Below are positions 1-13,701 of a DNA stretch of 64,000 nt, one piece after another. The translations under genes and the position numbers were made by a program. The notes below the pieces were generated by a model. That model was given only the letters and a program-made list of their open reading frames with translations. It was not told where the DNA came from and did not search any database. Each line of letters begins with the position of its first letter. Positions within the stretch are counted from its first letter, which is position 1. This DNA comes from Eledone cirrhosa. Its lineage: Eukaryota. The stretch is from NCBI GenBank assembly GCA_964016885.1, contig OZ024755.1, positions 930,001-994,000 of the forward strand, written 5' to 3'.

Positions 1-1994
1 ATATCTAAGTTCCTCCCTTTATTCCCAACCTCCAACATGTTTGCCATGGAATGTGGCAGTTTCTCTGGTGTTGGTGCTAACATAAAATGTACTCGGTTCA
101 CTCTGTCAAGTAACTGACATTCCACTGGTAACAATATAGGGTGGGAAGAGCTCTTCACTCTCTCTCTGGTGCTGGTGTCAACATAAAATGCACCCAGTTT
201 ATTCTGCAAATTAGTTAATTTTAGAAAGACATCCAGCTGTAGAACCCATGCTAAACAAAGGTTTGAGAGGATTGTTGAGTCACATCAAAAGCATGACAAC
301 CTTCCTAGTGTTAGTACCACCATAAAACAGCCATCCAGTTCAGAATAGCTACACTGTATCTCTGTATGTCATAAGTTGTGATTGAAAGGGTTAGTACTTG
401 GAAGGACATCCGGCTGTAAAACATTTGTTATTGAAAGGACCTCACAATGAGAACAGGGCTGAGGTTCTTGGGGCTCATCAGGCAAATCCCTTCTTGAGAA
501 GAAAAAATGGCCTTAAAATGCTTAATGTGTGTACCTGGTATAACAGATAATTTTTAAAAGGTGTAATATTCACCTCCAAAGTGAAAATATTTTATCACCT
601 CATCTGCTAGAATTTTAAAGTTGGTGAAAATTGGCAAAATATTGACCTTGAATATAAGCTCTTTCCCCATTTTACCATTGTTATATTTTTTTGTCACATA
701 TTTCTCAGCTTATATACAGAGCATATACAGTAATTCTTGCTACAATTGAAGGTTTAGGTTAGAAAATACTTGGAATAAAATATTTCTGATTGATTTACCT
801 TAATTGGTTCAGAAAATGAAATAGAAAGAACTTGAGAAGACAATTCTGAAGAGTTAGTGATGCCAATATAGTAAAAGTGAATCTGATAGTGTTGACCTTA
901 GATATATCTTGATCAACGGATTAAAGTTTATCTTGTTTCTAGATTAAACAGAATTATATGAAATATTTGAGTTGAGATAACATTTATTCAACTTTTATCT
1001 AAATTTAATATTAATCAGTCAACTGGAATATATCAGAAAATATATTCTTTTTCTTTTTCAACTGGTTCTGAGTTCAAATTCAGCCGAGGTTAACTTTGCT
1101 TTTCATCCTTACGAGTTGATAAAATAAAGTACCAGTAATTCACTGGAGTCGGTTTAATCAACTTTCCTCTTCTCTCCCCAAATTGTTGTCCTTTGTGCTT
1201 AAATCAGAAACCATTCATTTTTTTACTAGTTTCAGTCCTTAGACTGTGCTTCACAAACAAAAAGATGTAATGTTATACAACCTTAAGATTTTTTTTTCAA
1301 AGTTTAGTTTATCAAATAAACTAAATTTTACATTTTTCTATATAACAACAGTTGTAGGAATCTTAAGACCTTGTTGACAATAGTTTTAAAAGTACTTTCC
1401 CTTCCTACTCAATATTCTTTACTTATGTAATTTTGTTTTCTACCAATGTAATTTTTCTAGAAATGTTATTTAAGTCCACTTACTCTGACTGTATGTATCA
1501 TTAGTTTATACTTTGTGTTATTCTCTGATCTGCTGCTTTCAACCATTTTTTTGTCAGGGCATGTCCCCTACCTTTTCTCATTGACAGGTATTTCCTGTAT
1601 TTTTACATTGTTTTCAATGTCTTCCACATATTCTCCCTATCCCTTAGTCTTGGTAGGTTTCTCCTTATATTCTCCTTCTTCCTTTCAGCTTATATTAATG
1701 AATGATAATTCTCCTTTCTATTGGAGTAATTTTCTTTAAAGTTAGTTTATCTTCCTCTAACGACAACTGTTGAAATAGCAACACACTGCAGTAATGTTAA
1801 TCTGTCTTAAGCCATTAGAAACACTTTCTCCTTTCTTTATTACTAAAGACACCATTAATGCCAAGAAAAATGTGGTTCTCAAGTAATTACTATACTATGA
1901 AACAAATCAAAATTTTTCTTAACACTTTCAGTTTTAGTGCCTGAGTTATTTTGGCAGTTTAACTACCCCCAAGTTAGGATTGCATTTTATGAAA

Positions 1995-2210
1995 AATTTC
2001 TTCTTCTTCGCCCACTGAGAGAGTCCTCAAACACTCCTTCCTGTGGGTCCTGTCGGAAGCAACCATCTCCAACTGATCCAGCTGGATCCCCAAGCTTATG
2101 AATGTTATTCAACCATCTTGCTTGGGGTCTACCCCTGTGTCTCCTGCCGGGTGGTTTTACCCATAAAATCTGTCCAGCAATTCTTTCCTGAAACATCTAA
2201 CCACATGCCC
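1995..2210 (-). mobile_element. RTE-like LINE 3' ORF remnant
   Basis: ORF 1987..2196(-) [19 protein letters not shown]...I, typical of RTE C-termini; homologous to 29760-30050. Confidence 0.7.
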
Positions 2211-3171
2211 ATAAAAATTATTTTGATCAAATTATTTACTTATTTTATCAATCCCTGAAAGGATGAAAGGGCAAGTTGACTTCACTAGGATTTGAACTCA
2301 GCTCAGTGAACTGGAACAAGTACCTCAAGGCATTTTGTCCTATGTTTCAACAACTTCTAATTAGATTCATCATCATCATCATCATTGTATGTCAGTTGAT
2401 GTGTCTCCATATTGGCACTGTGTGTAAAGAGGCAGATAGTGACATTTGTTTCTGTCCTTCATAAACAATACATCCCACAGTCTATCGGTTTAGATAAACA
2501 TCTGCAATATATATATATCATGCTTAAAAGAAGAATAATACAATACACATTGGCATCAGGAGGGACATCATTTGTACAAAGACTGTCTTTTAAAATATCT
2601 TGCCCAACCCATGCCAGCATGGAAAAGAAGATATAACAACAACAGTGATGGTGATGATGATGCTTTGTTAGATAAGAAAATGTACTTCATCTGTAAGTAA
2701 TGGTAGAGGTTGCTAGGAAATTTCTTTCTTTTAAAATGAATCTCGAAAAATGTTGTTGACCTTAGCATTAGTGAAATTGTTGTCTACCAATCCTGTTGGT
2801 TTTATATTATTGTTGTCAGTTATTTCAATTGAATAACTGACAACTTATATACAACAACCTCTTTAGATTTGCCTTACATCCCTAACCCTACAGGTTCGAT
2901 ATAATAAAGTACCAGTAATGCACTGGGGTCCATTTAACTTCCCCTTTCCCCCTAAAATTGTTGTCCTCATGTCTAAATCAGAAACTATATACAATGTAAC
3001 ACAGGGTGTGTGTGTATATATATGTGCGTGTTTCTTTAAAAAAAAAAACAGGATGGTCATAATTGGACTGTTTTTTATGTCTCCTTGCAACAACAACAAC
3101 AAAGGCTAACATTATTTTAAAATCTTTTTTTGAAGTTGGACCTTGTAATATATGAGTGCAATAAGTGGTGT

Positions 3172-3427
3172 TTAACCCTTTATTATTCTATATTATTGTA
3201 TTCCTACCCATGCTAGCATGGAAGATGGACATTAAATGATGACGTACAGTAAAGGCTTTATCTTACATAAATATCTCACATAATATCGAATCCACTAGAT
3301 TTTGATATTATTTATTTTGAGAACAATACGTTAGTGTAGGTATTAGCAGCCAGTTACAGCCGGTTTGAACAGAAAAAGGTGTGAGAATTCTGGCTGGATG
3401 TGGCCGGTTTAAATGCTAAAGGGTTAA
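3172..3427 (-). mobile_element. piggyBac-like MITE (family A) interrupted by a SINE 3' tail
   Basis: TTAACCCTTT...AAAGGGTTAA; SINE tail cccatgctagcatggaa...atgatga at ~3206-3244. Confidence 0.75.
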
Positions 3428-3880
3428 ATAAGTCTAACCTATGATGGCTTAGAGAAATGGATGATAAAAAATAAGAATTCTTCATCTTATATTTTCTTCA
3501 TTGCATAAAAATATTTTACTGAAAACTGATATTTTACTTTCAGCTGGTAACATTATTCCAAGATATATAAAAAAGTATTGTAGCTTGGGATTAAAGTATT
3601 AAACTTTATTAGATGTTCATATGGCTGTGTAGTTAACAAGTTTGTTTTGCAGCCATGTGACTTTGGGTTGACGGGAAATTTGGTTGCTATTTCTAGCAGC
3701 CTAAGTTACCACATAAAAATTCCCAACATCATAAAATCATTTTGTTTTGTTGTTTAATCTTTCTTATTGTTATGTACATGTGTACCATGTGGCATTTTGG
3801 GGTGTCTTCTACAATAGTCTTGGGTAAATTTTGTAGATGGAAGGTATGGAAGCCCATTCTCTCTCTCTCTCTATCTCTCT

Positions 3881-4102
3881 GTTAGGTAATTCCGAAGGAA
3901 AAGCAAAGGAAAAAGAGTGCTCTATATATAGAACAGAGCTGTTTAATTAGATAGTGGACAACACAAAATATAACTACTCCATTACCAAAGGTTTCTGGAT
4001 CCCAGACAATAATAATATACGTCTGGATCGGTAATCAGATGACCGATCCAGACTATCCACTTTCTAATTAAATAGCTCTGTTCTATACACAGAACACTCT
4101 TT
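3881..4102 (-). mobile_element. Decayed Penelope-like fold-back element (27.9/31.7 kb family)
   Basis: Same tail; imperfect inverted repeat 3912-3958 vs 4056-4102; minus-strand core CTGATTA...GAAACC-ttt-GGTA with G8 mutated. Confidence 0.65.
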
Positions 4103-5462
4103 ATCATGTGTCAGACAACATGCTTTGCAGCATATTGTTAGATCCCGTTATGTTCTCAGTTCAAATCCCACAGAGGTTTACTTTGCCTTTCATCCTATAG
4201 GGTCAATAGAATAAAATAAAGTACCAGTATGATTTAATAGACTTTCTCCTCCCCTCCTCCAAAACTACTGGCCTTGTGCCTAAACCAGAAACCATTATTA
4301 AGCTAGGAATATTGCTCAACAACGGTTCTTATATGAAATTATGGTGGAAAGTTTTTAGATAAAAGAAACAATTTAGTATTGTAGAATCAGAGACGGTTTT
4401 AGGTGGTTTTTGGTATCAAAGAAGATTATTTTGTACTGATTGGTTGAACGTAGTTCCAACTTGATGTTTAACTGTTAAACAAAGATTATTATTATTTTTT
4501 ATTTTTTCTGTGTAGTATTTTTCTGCAATGGAAGATTACTATAATGAGTCACCATTGTAGATATCTAGAATTATATAAGTTATAAGAGACAGCTTGGACT
4601 GTGATTGGATATTTAGTTTAGCTTTCTTTCCTTGCTTTAACACTTCACTGTTTACAGTTAATTGCCATATTAGTACTTTCTCTATTCCTTGATTTACTAC
4701 ACATGAAAACCACTCCTGTTGTTTACATCTTCCAATATTGTATTTCAAACCTAGCCAGTTCTTCGGGAAGCAGTAACTCAATATATGGTTCTCTAAAAAA
4801 ATAAAATCAAGGTTTTTTGTATAATTGGATGGCACTGCACTTAACATTATCACTGTTTAAACTTTCATTTTACTTTATTAAACTAAAAATAAAATAAATC
4901 ATTCTTACACAACATTGACAGTAACTAATACATTCTTGTCTTATCGTCATCATCATCATTATCATTATTATCATCATCATCATCATCAGTCTTGTCTTCA
5001 TCTTCGTCATCATTCTTGTCTTTATTATCATCGTTGTCATCATCCTTGTCTTCACCATCATCATCATCAATGTAATCAATAACATTAACCTTGAGCTGTC
5101 CATTACAGGATGTAGGTGTGTCTCATATTTCTTCAACCTTTACAAAACCATGTGAGGCCACCATTGACTCAGTGGAGGTTCTCCAGACTTCTGTTACATC
5201 TCTTCAGTTTAATTACTGTCCATATTGTCGTTAATTTTGTCTGTGATGTTGTTTTTCATCTTTCCTCAGTTCTACAGTTGTAGCTGGATTACATGTAGGA
5301 CACTATAGAAATATGTATAATTACACATTATATATGTCCCCTCAACTCTACAGTTGTAGTTGGGTTAAATGTAGGACAATACATGTTTATATATGTCAAA
5401 GTTAAACAACTTCTTCTCATGAATTGCAAATCTTTGTCTTTGACCAAGCATATTTATATGTG

Positions 5463-5772
5463 ACCCTGTTTTATAACTGTCTCCAGAAGTAACCCCTATT
5501 TCATAACTGTCCAGAAGTAATCCCTATTTCATAACTGTCCAGAAGTAATCCCTATTTCATAACTGTGTCCAGAAGTAACCCCTGTTTTATAACTGTCCCC
5601 AGAAGTAACCCCTGTTTTAAAACTGTCCAGAAGTAACCCCTATTTATGTAGTATCCCACATTAAATAAACAACCAACATGTAGTATCCCACATTAAATGT
5701 AGCAGCCATCATGTAGTATCCCACATTAAATGTAGCAGCCTTCATGTAGTATCCCACATTAAATGTAGCAGC
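5463..5772. repeat. Two adjacent short minisatellites (~27-29 bp ccagaagtaacccctatttcataactgt; 33 bp atgtagtatcccacattaaatgtagcagccatc)
   Basis: Direct inspection, ~6-7 and ~4 copies. Confidence 0.85.
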
Positions 5773-6570
5773 TATCGTTTTATTATTTCCCACACAAAAG
5801 ACTAAAATTCTTTGTTTTGAAATACAAAAAACTTCCATGTCATTCAAAACAAATATAAAAGACATACTAACAAAAACCTAAACAAGATTAAATCCATTAC
5901 AAGCACTCACTTGCATATAACATTCTGTTAAAATAAGGAAAACATGACATTAATCTACAAACAATACATTGGCAGTTCCTTAGGTGCCAGACCCTGTCTA
6001 AACTTTCCAACTTATCTGTCTTAAACTGTAACAAAATACAAAACAATCTCCTTCTTCTTATCATAACAGTCTGCACTATCATAATAGTTTCACAACAAAA
6101 TAAAATTCCTAAATTAAAAAAAAAAAAAATTAAAAAAAAGCGAAAGACTATTATAAAGTGTGCAGCTGAAAGCCAAAGAAAATGTCCGTTGTAACTGAAG
6201 CCACATGTTCAGTTGAGGAATTGTCTGTCAGTTTTGACAATCTTTTGTGTTTTTCAATTAACTGTCTTGATTTGTTGAATCAACTTGGAGCAGCTGACTG
6301 GCTGAGTATTCCACAGTAACTTGCAGTCCATAATATTATTACAAAACCAGATCAATGTGACACAATTTTGACCTTCGAATTGCAAGTAAAATATATCCAA
6401 CAGGCTTCCACACAGTTGCTGTCTACCCAATTTCACTTTATAATGCTTGGGTTGACATGAGGCTGGTTGCATCGATGATGATGATGATGATGAAATTAGG
6501 GGCTAGCCTTGTGGCTCCCATCCGGCTTTAAAACTCATCTTGGGGGAAAGGGGGGAGTAAAACAATGTTT

Positions 6571-9500
6571 TATGGCCGTAAGACCTACTTGATACCTGTG
6601 TATAGCTGTAAGACCTACTTGATACCTGTGTATAGCTGTAAGACCTACCTGATACCTGTGTATGGCTCTAAGACCTATCTGATACCTGTGTATAGCTGTA
6701 AGACCTACCTGATACCTGTGTATAGCTGTAAGACCTACCTGATACCTGTGTATAGCTGTAAGACCTACCTGATACCTGTGTATAGCTGTAAGACCTACTT
6801 GATACCTGTGTATAGCTGTAAGACCTACCTGATACCTGTGTATGGCTCTAAGACCTATCTGATACCTGTGTATAGCTGTAAGACCTACCTGATACCTGTG
6901 TATAGCTGTAAGACCTACCTGATACCTGTGTATAGCTGTAAGACCTACCTGATACCTGTGTATAGCTGTAAGACCTACCTGATACCTGTGTATAGCTGTA
7001 AGACCTACCTGATACCTGTGTATGGCTGTAAGACCTACCTGATACCTGTGTATGGCCGTAAGACCTACTTCATACCTGTGTATAGCTGTAAGACCTACCT
7101 GATACCTGTGTATAGCTGTAAGACCTACCTGATATCTGTGTATAGCTGTAAGACCTACCTGATACCTGTGTATGGCTGTAAGACCTACCTGATATCTGTG
7201 TATAGCTGTAAGACCTACCTGATACCTGTGTATAGCTGTAAGACCTACCTGATACCTGTGTATAGCTGTAAGACCTACCTGATACCTGTGTATGGCTGTA
7301 AGACCTACCTGATACCTGTGTATGGCTGTAAGACCTATCTGATACCTGTGTATGGCTGTAAGACCTACCTGATACCTGTGTATGTCTGTAAGACCTACCT
7401 GATACCTGTGTATAGCTGTAAGACGTACCTGATACCTCTGTATGGCTGTAAGACCTACCTGATACCTGTGTATAGCTGTAAGACCTCTCTGATACCTGTG
7501 TATAGCTGTAAGACCTACCTGATACCTGTGTATAGCTGTAAGACCTACCTGATACCTGTGTATAGCTGTAAGACCTACCTGATACCTCTGTATGGCTGTA
7601 AGACCTACCTGATACCTATGTATAGCTGTAAGACCTACCTGATACCTGTGTATGGCTGTAAGACCTATCTGATACCTGTGTATAGCTGTAAGACCTACCT
7701 GATACCTGTGTATAGCTGTAAGACCTATCTGATACCTGTGTATAGCTGTAAGACCTACCTGATACCTCTGTATGGCTGTAAGACCTACCTGATACCTGTG
7801 TATAGCTGTAAGACCTACCTGATACCTGTGTATGGCTGTAAGACATATCTGATACCTGTGTATAGCTGTAAGACCTACCTGATACCTGTGTATGGCTGTA
7901 AGACCTATCTGATACCTGTGTATGGCTGTAAGACCTATCTGATACCTGTGTATAGCTGTAAGACCTATCTGATACCTGTGTATGGCTGTAAGACCTATCT
8001 GATACCTGTGTATGGCTGTAAGACCTATCTGATACCTGTGTATGGCTGTAAGACCTACCTGATACCTGTGTATGGCTGTAAGACCTATCTGATACCTGTG
8101 TATAGTTGTAAGACCTACCTGATACCTGTGTATAGCTGTAAGACCTACCTGATACCTGTGTATGGCTGTAAGACCTATCTGATACCTGTGTATGGCTGTA
8201 AGACCTATCTGATACCTGTGTATAGCTGTAAGACCTATCTGATACCTGTGTATAGCTGTAAGACCTATCTGATACCTGTGTATAGCTGTAATACCTACCT
8301 GATACCTGTGTATAGCTGTTAGACCTACCTGATACCTGTGTATGGCTGTAAGACCTACCTGATACCTGTGTATGGCTGTAAGACCTACCTGATACCTGTG
8401 TATAGCTGTAAGACCTACCTGATACCTGTGTATGGCTGTAAGACCTACCTGATACCTGTGTATGGCTGTAAGACCTATCTGATACCTGTGTATGGCTGTA
8501 AGACCTATCTGATACCTGTGTATAGCTGTAAGACCTACCTGATACCTGTGTATAGCTGTAAGACCTACCTGATACCTGTGTATGGCTGTAAGACCTATCT
8601 GATACCTGTGTATAGCTGTAAGACCTATCTGATACCTGTGTATAGCTGTAAGACCTATCTGATACCTGTGTATAGCTGTAAGACCTACCTGATACCTGTG
8701 TATAGCTGTAAGACCTACCTGATACCTGTGTATAGCTGTAAGACCTACCTGATACCTGTGTATGGCTGTAAGACCTACCTGATACCTGTGTATAGCTGTA
8801 AGACCTACCTGATACCTGTGTATGGCTGTAAGACCTACCTGATACCTGTGTATGGCTGTAAGACCTACCTGATACCTCTGTATGGCTGTAAGACCTACCT
8901 GATACCTCTGTATGGCTGTAAGACCTACCTGATACCTGTGTATGGCTGTAAGACCTACCTGATACCTGTGTATGGCTGTAAGACCTATCTGATACCTGTA
9001 TATGGCTGTAAGACCTATCTGATACCTGTGTATGGCTGTAAGACCTATCTGATACCTGTGTATAGCTGTAAGACCTACCTGATACCTCTATGGCTGTAAG
9101 ACCTACCTGATACCTGTGTATAGCTGTAAGACCTACCCGATACCTGTGTATGGCTGTAAGACCTATCTGATACCTGTGTATGGCTGTTAGACCTATCTGA
9201 TACCTGTGTATGGCTGTAAGACCTATCTGATACCTGTGTATAGCTGTAAGACCTACCTGATACCTGTGTATGGCTGTAAGACCTACCTGATACCTGTGTA
9301 TGGCTGTAAGACCTATCTGATACCTGTGTATAGCTGTAAGACCTACCTGATACCTCTGTATGGCTGTAAGACCTACCTGATACCTCTGTATGGCTGTAAG
9401 ACCTACCTGATACCCGTGTATAGCTGTAAGACCTACCTGATACCTGTGTATGGCTGTAAGACCTATCTGATACCTGTGTATAGCTGTAAGACCTACCTGA

Positions 9501-10880
9501 TACCTCTGTATGGCTGTAAGACCTACCTGATACCTGTGTATAGCTGTAAGACCTACCTGATACCTGTGTATAGCTGTAAGACCTACCTGATATCTGTGTA
9601 TGGCTGTAAGACCTACCTGATATCTGTGTATGGCTGTAAGACCTACCTGATACCTGTGTATGGCTGTAAGACCTATCTGATACCTGTGTATGGCTGTAAG
9701 ACCTATCTGATACCTGTGTATGGCTGTAAGACCTATCTGATACCTGTGTATAGCTGTAAGACCTACCTGATACCTCTGTATGGCTGTAAGACCTACCTGA
9801 TACCTGTGTATGGCTGTAAGACCTATCTGATACCTGTGTATAGCTGTAAGACCTACCTGATACCTCTGTATGGCTGTAAGACCTACCTGATACCTGTGTA
9901 TAGCTGTAATACCTACCTGATACCTGTGTATGGCTGTAAGACCTATCTGATACCTGTGTATAGCTGTAAGACCTACCTGATACCTCTGTATGGCTGTAAG
10001 ACCTACCTGATACCTGTGTATACTGTAAGACCTACCTGATACCTGTGTATAGCTGTAAGACCTACCTGATATCTGTGTATGGCTGTAAGACCTACCTGAT
10101 ACCTGTGTATAGCTGTAAGACCTACCTGATACCTGTGTATAGCTGTAAGACCTACCTGATATCTGTGTATGGCTGTAAGACCTACCTGATACCTGTGTAT
10201 AGCTGTAAGACCTACCTGATACCTGTGTATAGCTGTAAGACCTACCTGATATCTGTGTATGGCTGTAAGACCTACCTGATACCTGTGTATAGCTGTAAGA
10301 CCTACCTGATACCTGTGTATAGCTGTAAGACCTACCTGATACCTCTGTATAGCTGTAAGACCTACCTGATACCTGTGTATAGCTGTAAGACCTACCTGAT
10401 ACCTCTGTATAGCTGTAAGACCTACCTGATACCTCTGTATGGCTGTAAGACCTACCTGATACCTGTGTATAGCTGTAAGACCTACCTGATACCTGTGTAT
10501 GGCCGTAAGACCTATCTGATACCTGTGTATGGCCGTAAGACCTATCTGATACCTGTGTATGGCCGTAAGACCTACCTGATACCTGTGTATGGCTGTAAGA
10601 CCTATCTGATACCTGTGTATAGCTGTAAGACCTATCTGATACCTGTGTATGGCTGTAAGACCTACCTGATACCTGTGTATGGCCGTAAGACCTATCTGAT
10701 ACCTGTGTATAGCTGTAAGACCTATCTGATACCTGTGTATGGCCGTAAGACCTACCTGATACCTGTGTATGGCCGTAAGACCTATCTGATACCTGTGTAT
10801 AGCTGTAAGACCTATCTGATACCTGTGTATAGCTGTAAGACCTATCTGATACCTGTGTATGGCTGTAAGACCTATCTGAT
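6571..10880. repeat. 30-bp minisatellite, ~143 copies (TATAGCTGTAAGACCTACCTGATACCTGTG)
   Basis: Direct inspection; only two small register shifts (~9090, ~10023). Confidence 0.98.
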
Positions 10881-13443
10881 GCCGACCCTAGGTGCAGGGA
10901 TATGGTGAACTTATTCTAAAACCAGATATACACAGTCCAGTATTCATATAGTACAGGTAGATATTAGATATACTGTTCTATAGTACAGGTAGATAGATAT
11001 ACTGTTCTATAGTATAGTACAGGTAGATATACTATTCTATAGACATTAGTCTAGTTTATATTTTCACTGTTTTGATAATTCAATTATTGAGAAAAGAAAA
11101 GTACATTTGTGTTGTTTGGTCTCTTTTTTCCTTCTTTTTTTTTACATTTAAAAGAAATATATTTTAAATGACATTATTTTTAGATAATTAAATTGCTTTA
11201 TGAAATGACTTAAAAATAAACTTGTTCAAAATTTGAACAAGCAATTTCTAGCGACCTCGCCCAAAAGAAATGTTCAAATCTCTAATATACAGTTCACAAT
11301 GACCTATCTAATGTTGACCTAACAGCATGTGGGATCTTGTATTTTTTTTACTGTTTGGTACAAATATTTGTCTTCACATATTCTCACAAAGGACATATTA
11401 CGATGTTGACTCATAAAAAACTATTATGTTGGTGGCATTAAAAAAATCACCCACTCTTGCTTCATATATTTTCATTTCCTTGAACATATTTGTTGAATGC
11501 CCAGTAACTGTCTGATGTTTTTGTTCCACAAAATCGAAGTGAAGTTCGTCCTTGGAGGTTGTTCTTCTTCCTTTCATGTGTGTAGCTTATCTCATCTGAT
11601 ATTTCAACTATGATAGGAATGCTCTCTAAAAGAATCTTAACTAGCTGACAGCTCTTAAATGTTACCTCTTAGCTAACCAATGGCTACTTTCTTCTCCCTA
11701 ATCATTGCAGTAATTGTTTATAATCTGTCTGTTGACTATTGTGTGTGTCTGGGTGTGTAAATATATATATGTGTGTGTCTGTGTATATACGTGTGTGTGT
11801 GCATACATGTGTGTGTGTGTGTGTCTGTATATACGTATCTGTGTGTGTGTGTATATATATATGTATATATATGTGTGTGAAGGAAGAAAAGACAGATATG
11901 GAAGGTGAGGGGTTATCAGAGAGAAAAGAAGGGGTTATGAGAGGGGAGGGGAATTACCAGACAGACAGACAGACATTCTTCAACCATTTGATCTCTTGAC
12001 AATTGTAGTCAGTGTTGTTGTTGTTTTAGGTTTTTATTTTAAAGAAGATTATTATTATAGACATGTTGTTTTATTGTTTCTTGATAAAGAAATAAAGTAG
12101 TAGGAACACAGGAGGGGTTATTGATGGAATTCTTAACTTCTTCAAAGGAAAAAATATTAAATTTTCTGCTCTAGATTATTCATCATCATCATCATCATAT
12201 CATCCTTGTCATCCTCCTTTTTTATGTCCACTCTTTCCCTGCTGGTATGGCTTAGATGAGACTATTGTTCTACTGGTCAGATGTCATTCTGGACAGCAGC
12301 CCCTAACTTGTTTTTCAAGTAAGGTATATTATACCACTGGTCTTCACATTGAACCCTTAAACTGTGGGGTGTATTGTTTATGTGAGAGACACAGGGACAT
12401 ACATATACACACCTGTTTAAATAGAAACAATATAGAGTTGAAAAGACACCTTTTGCCTTGCTGAGGGGCATAGCAATCTCTACAGTGCTGGTGCCAGAAT
12501 AAAATGCACCCAGTACACCCTGTAATCAGTTGGCATTAGAAAGAGCATCCAACTATCGAAGCCAGGCAAAATCTGGAATGTATGAGCAGGACCTGGTTCT
12601 CTAACCCATATAGTGTTGAACTGTGACAATATATCCAACTCGTGTCATCATGGTGGGGTTGATAAAATAATTACCAGTCAAGTACTGGTTAATATAACTG
12701 ACTGGGTCCTCCACCTTGAAGAACAATGAAGCTAATACTTAACAAAAAAACTGAATAAAAGATAGTGGGAGAAAAGAAAGACAGAAGCAGTGGGTAAGTG
12801 GAAATAAGAGGTGATATGTGAGAGAAGATGGGACACACAGACAAACATTTAGAAATATATTATAGATTAGAGTCTTTTTTTGCTGGGTTCTTGATATATT
12901 TGGAACCCCCCTTCCCCCAGAAAATAACCAGTTAACCAGAGATCTAATATAATATATATTTAGTTTAGTGTTTCAAGTAAAGGTTAAAGCATAATGGAGA
13001 TAAATTTAACCTCGGTGGCATTCAAACTCATAAGGTAAACTTTAAATAATAAATTAGAACAGAAAAAATCCTAACAATTTTTTTGAGAGTTGATGGATTA
13101 TAACATGCAGAACAGTTATTGATGTCTTCATATTCCAACATCTACCTTCTCTTTTAGGTAGCATGTCAATTTAGAAGTCAAGGGAGTCTCTAGGTGGCTG
13201 CTCATACATTCCAGTTTCTGCCTAGCTTTCATGATTGGATGCTCTTTCTAATGCCAACTGATTACAGAGTGTAGTGGGTGCATTTTATTTTGGCACCAGC
13301 ACTGTAGAGGTTTTGTCCTCAGTAAAGCAAAGGGTGTCTTTCACATAAGCAATGCACTCCACAGTTTCTTGATAAAGAAATAAAGTATTTTTACTCTTGA
13401 TTTTCTCTGTATATTGCCAATGGTTTGTTTTGTTTCCTACCAG

Positions 13444-13701
13444 GTTCAGCGGCAAGTAATTACAAATTTAACAACACGAGATGAAGCATTGGAATATATT
13501 GAACAGCTTTGTCTCCAGCTCCTCTTTACATTGTGTGCGGTGCCATTACACAGCATTCAAGATGTGGAGGAGCGGGTACAGAAAATCATTCCTTCATCAA
13601 TTAATGTATGGACGATACGAGAGGCACAAGGTGCCCTCGAGAAGGGCAAAAAGAATACGTTGGTTTTGCCGGTGGAGAAGGTACACAATCTCCTCATCAA
13701 G
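13444..13701 (+). CDS. SOS: SOS exon (histone-fold): VQRQV...[10 protein letters not shown]
   Basis: cag|GTT...AAG|gtcagt; 258 nt. Confidence 0.93.

Noticed and set aside
6565-10908. ORFs of repeated YSCKTYLIPV; possible CRISPR-like array
   Set aside because: Head-to-tail 30-bp minisatellite with no unique spacers, intronic, in a eukaryote; the frame is broken by indels and stops.
1-13443. SOS first coding exon or promoter
   Set aside because: I found no ATG exon resembling the SOS N-terminus and no promoter-like island; the region is repeat-filled intron.
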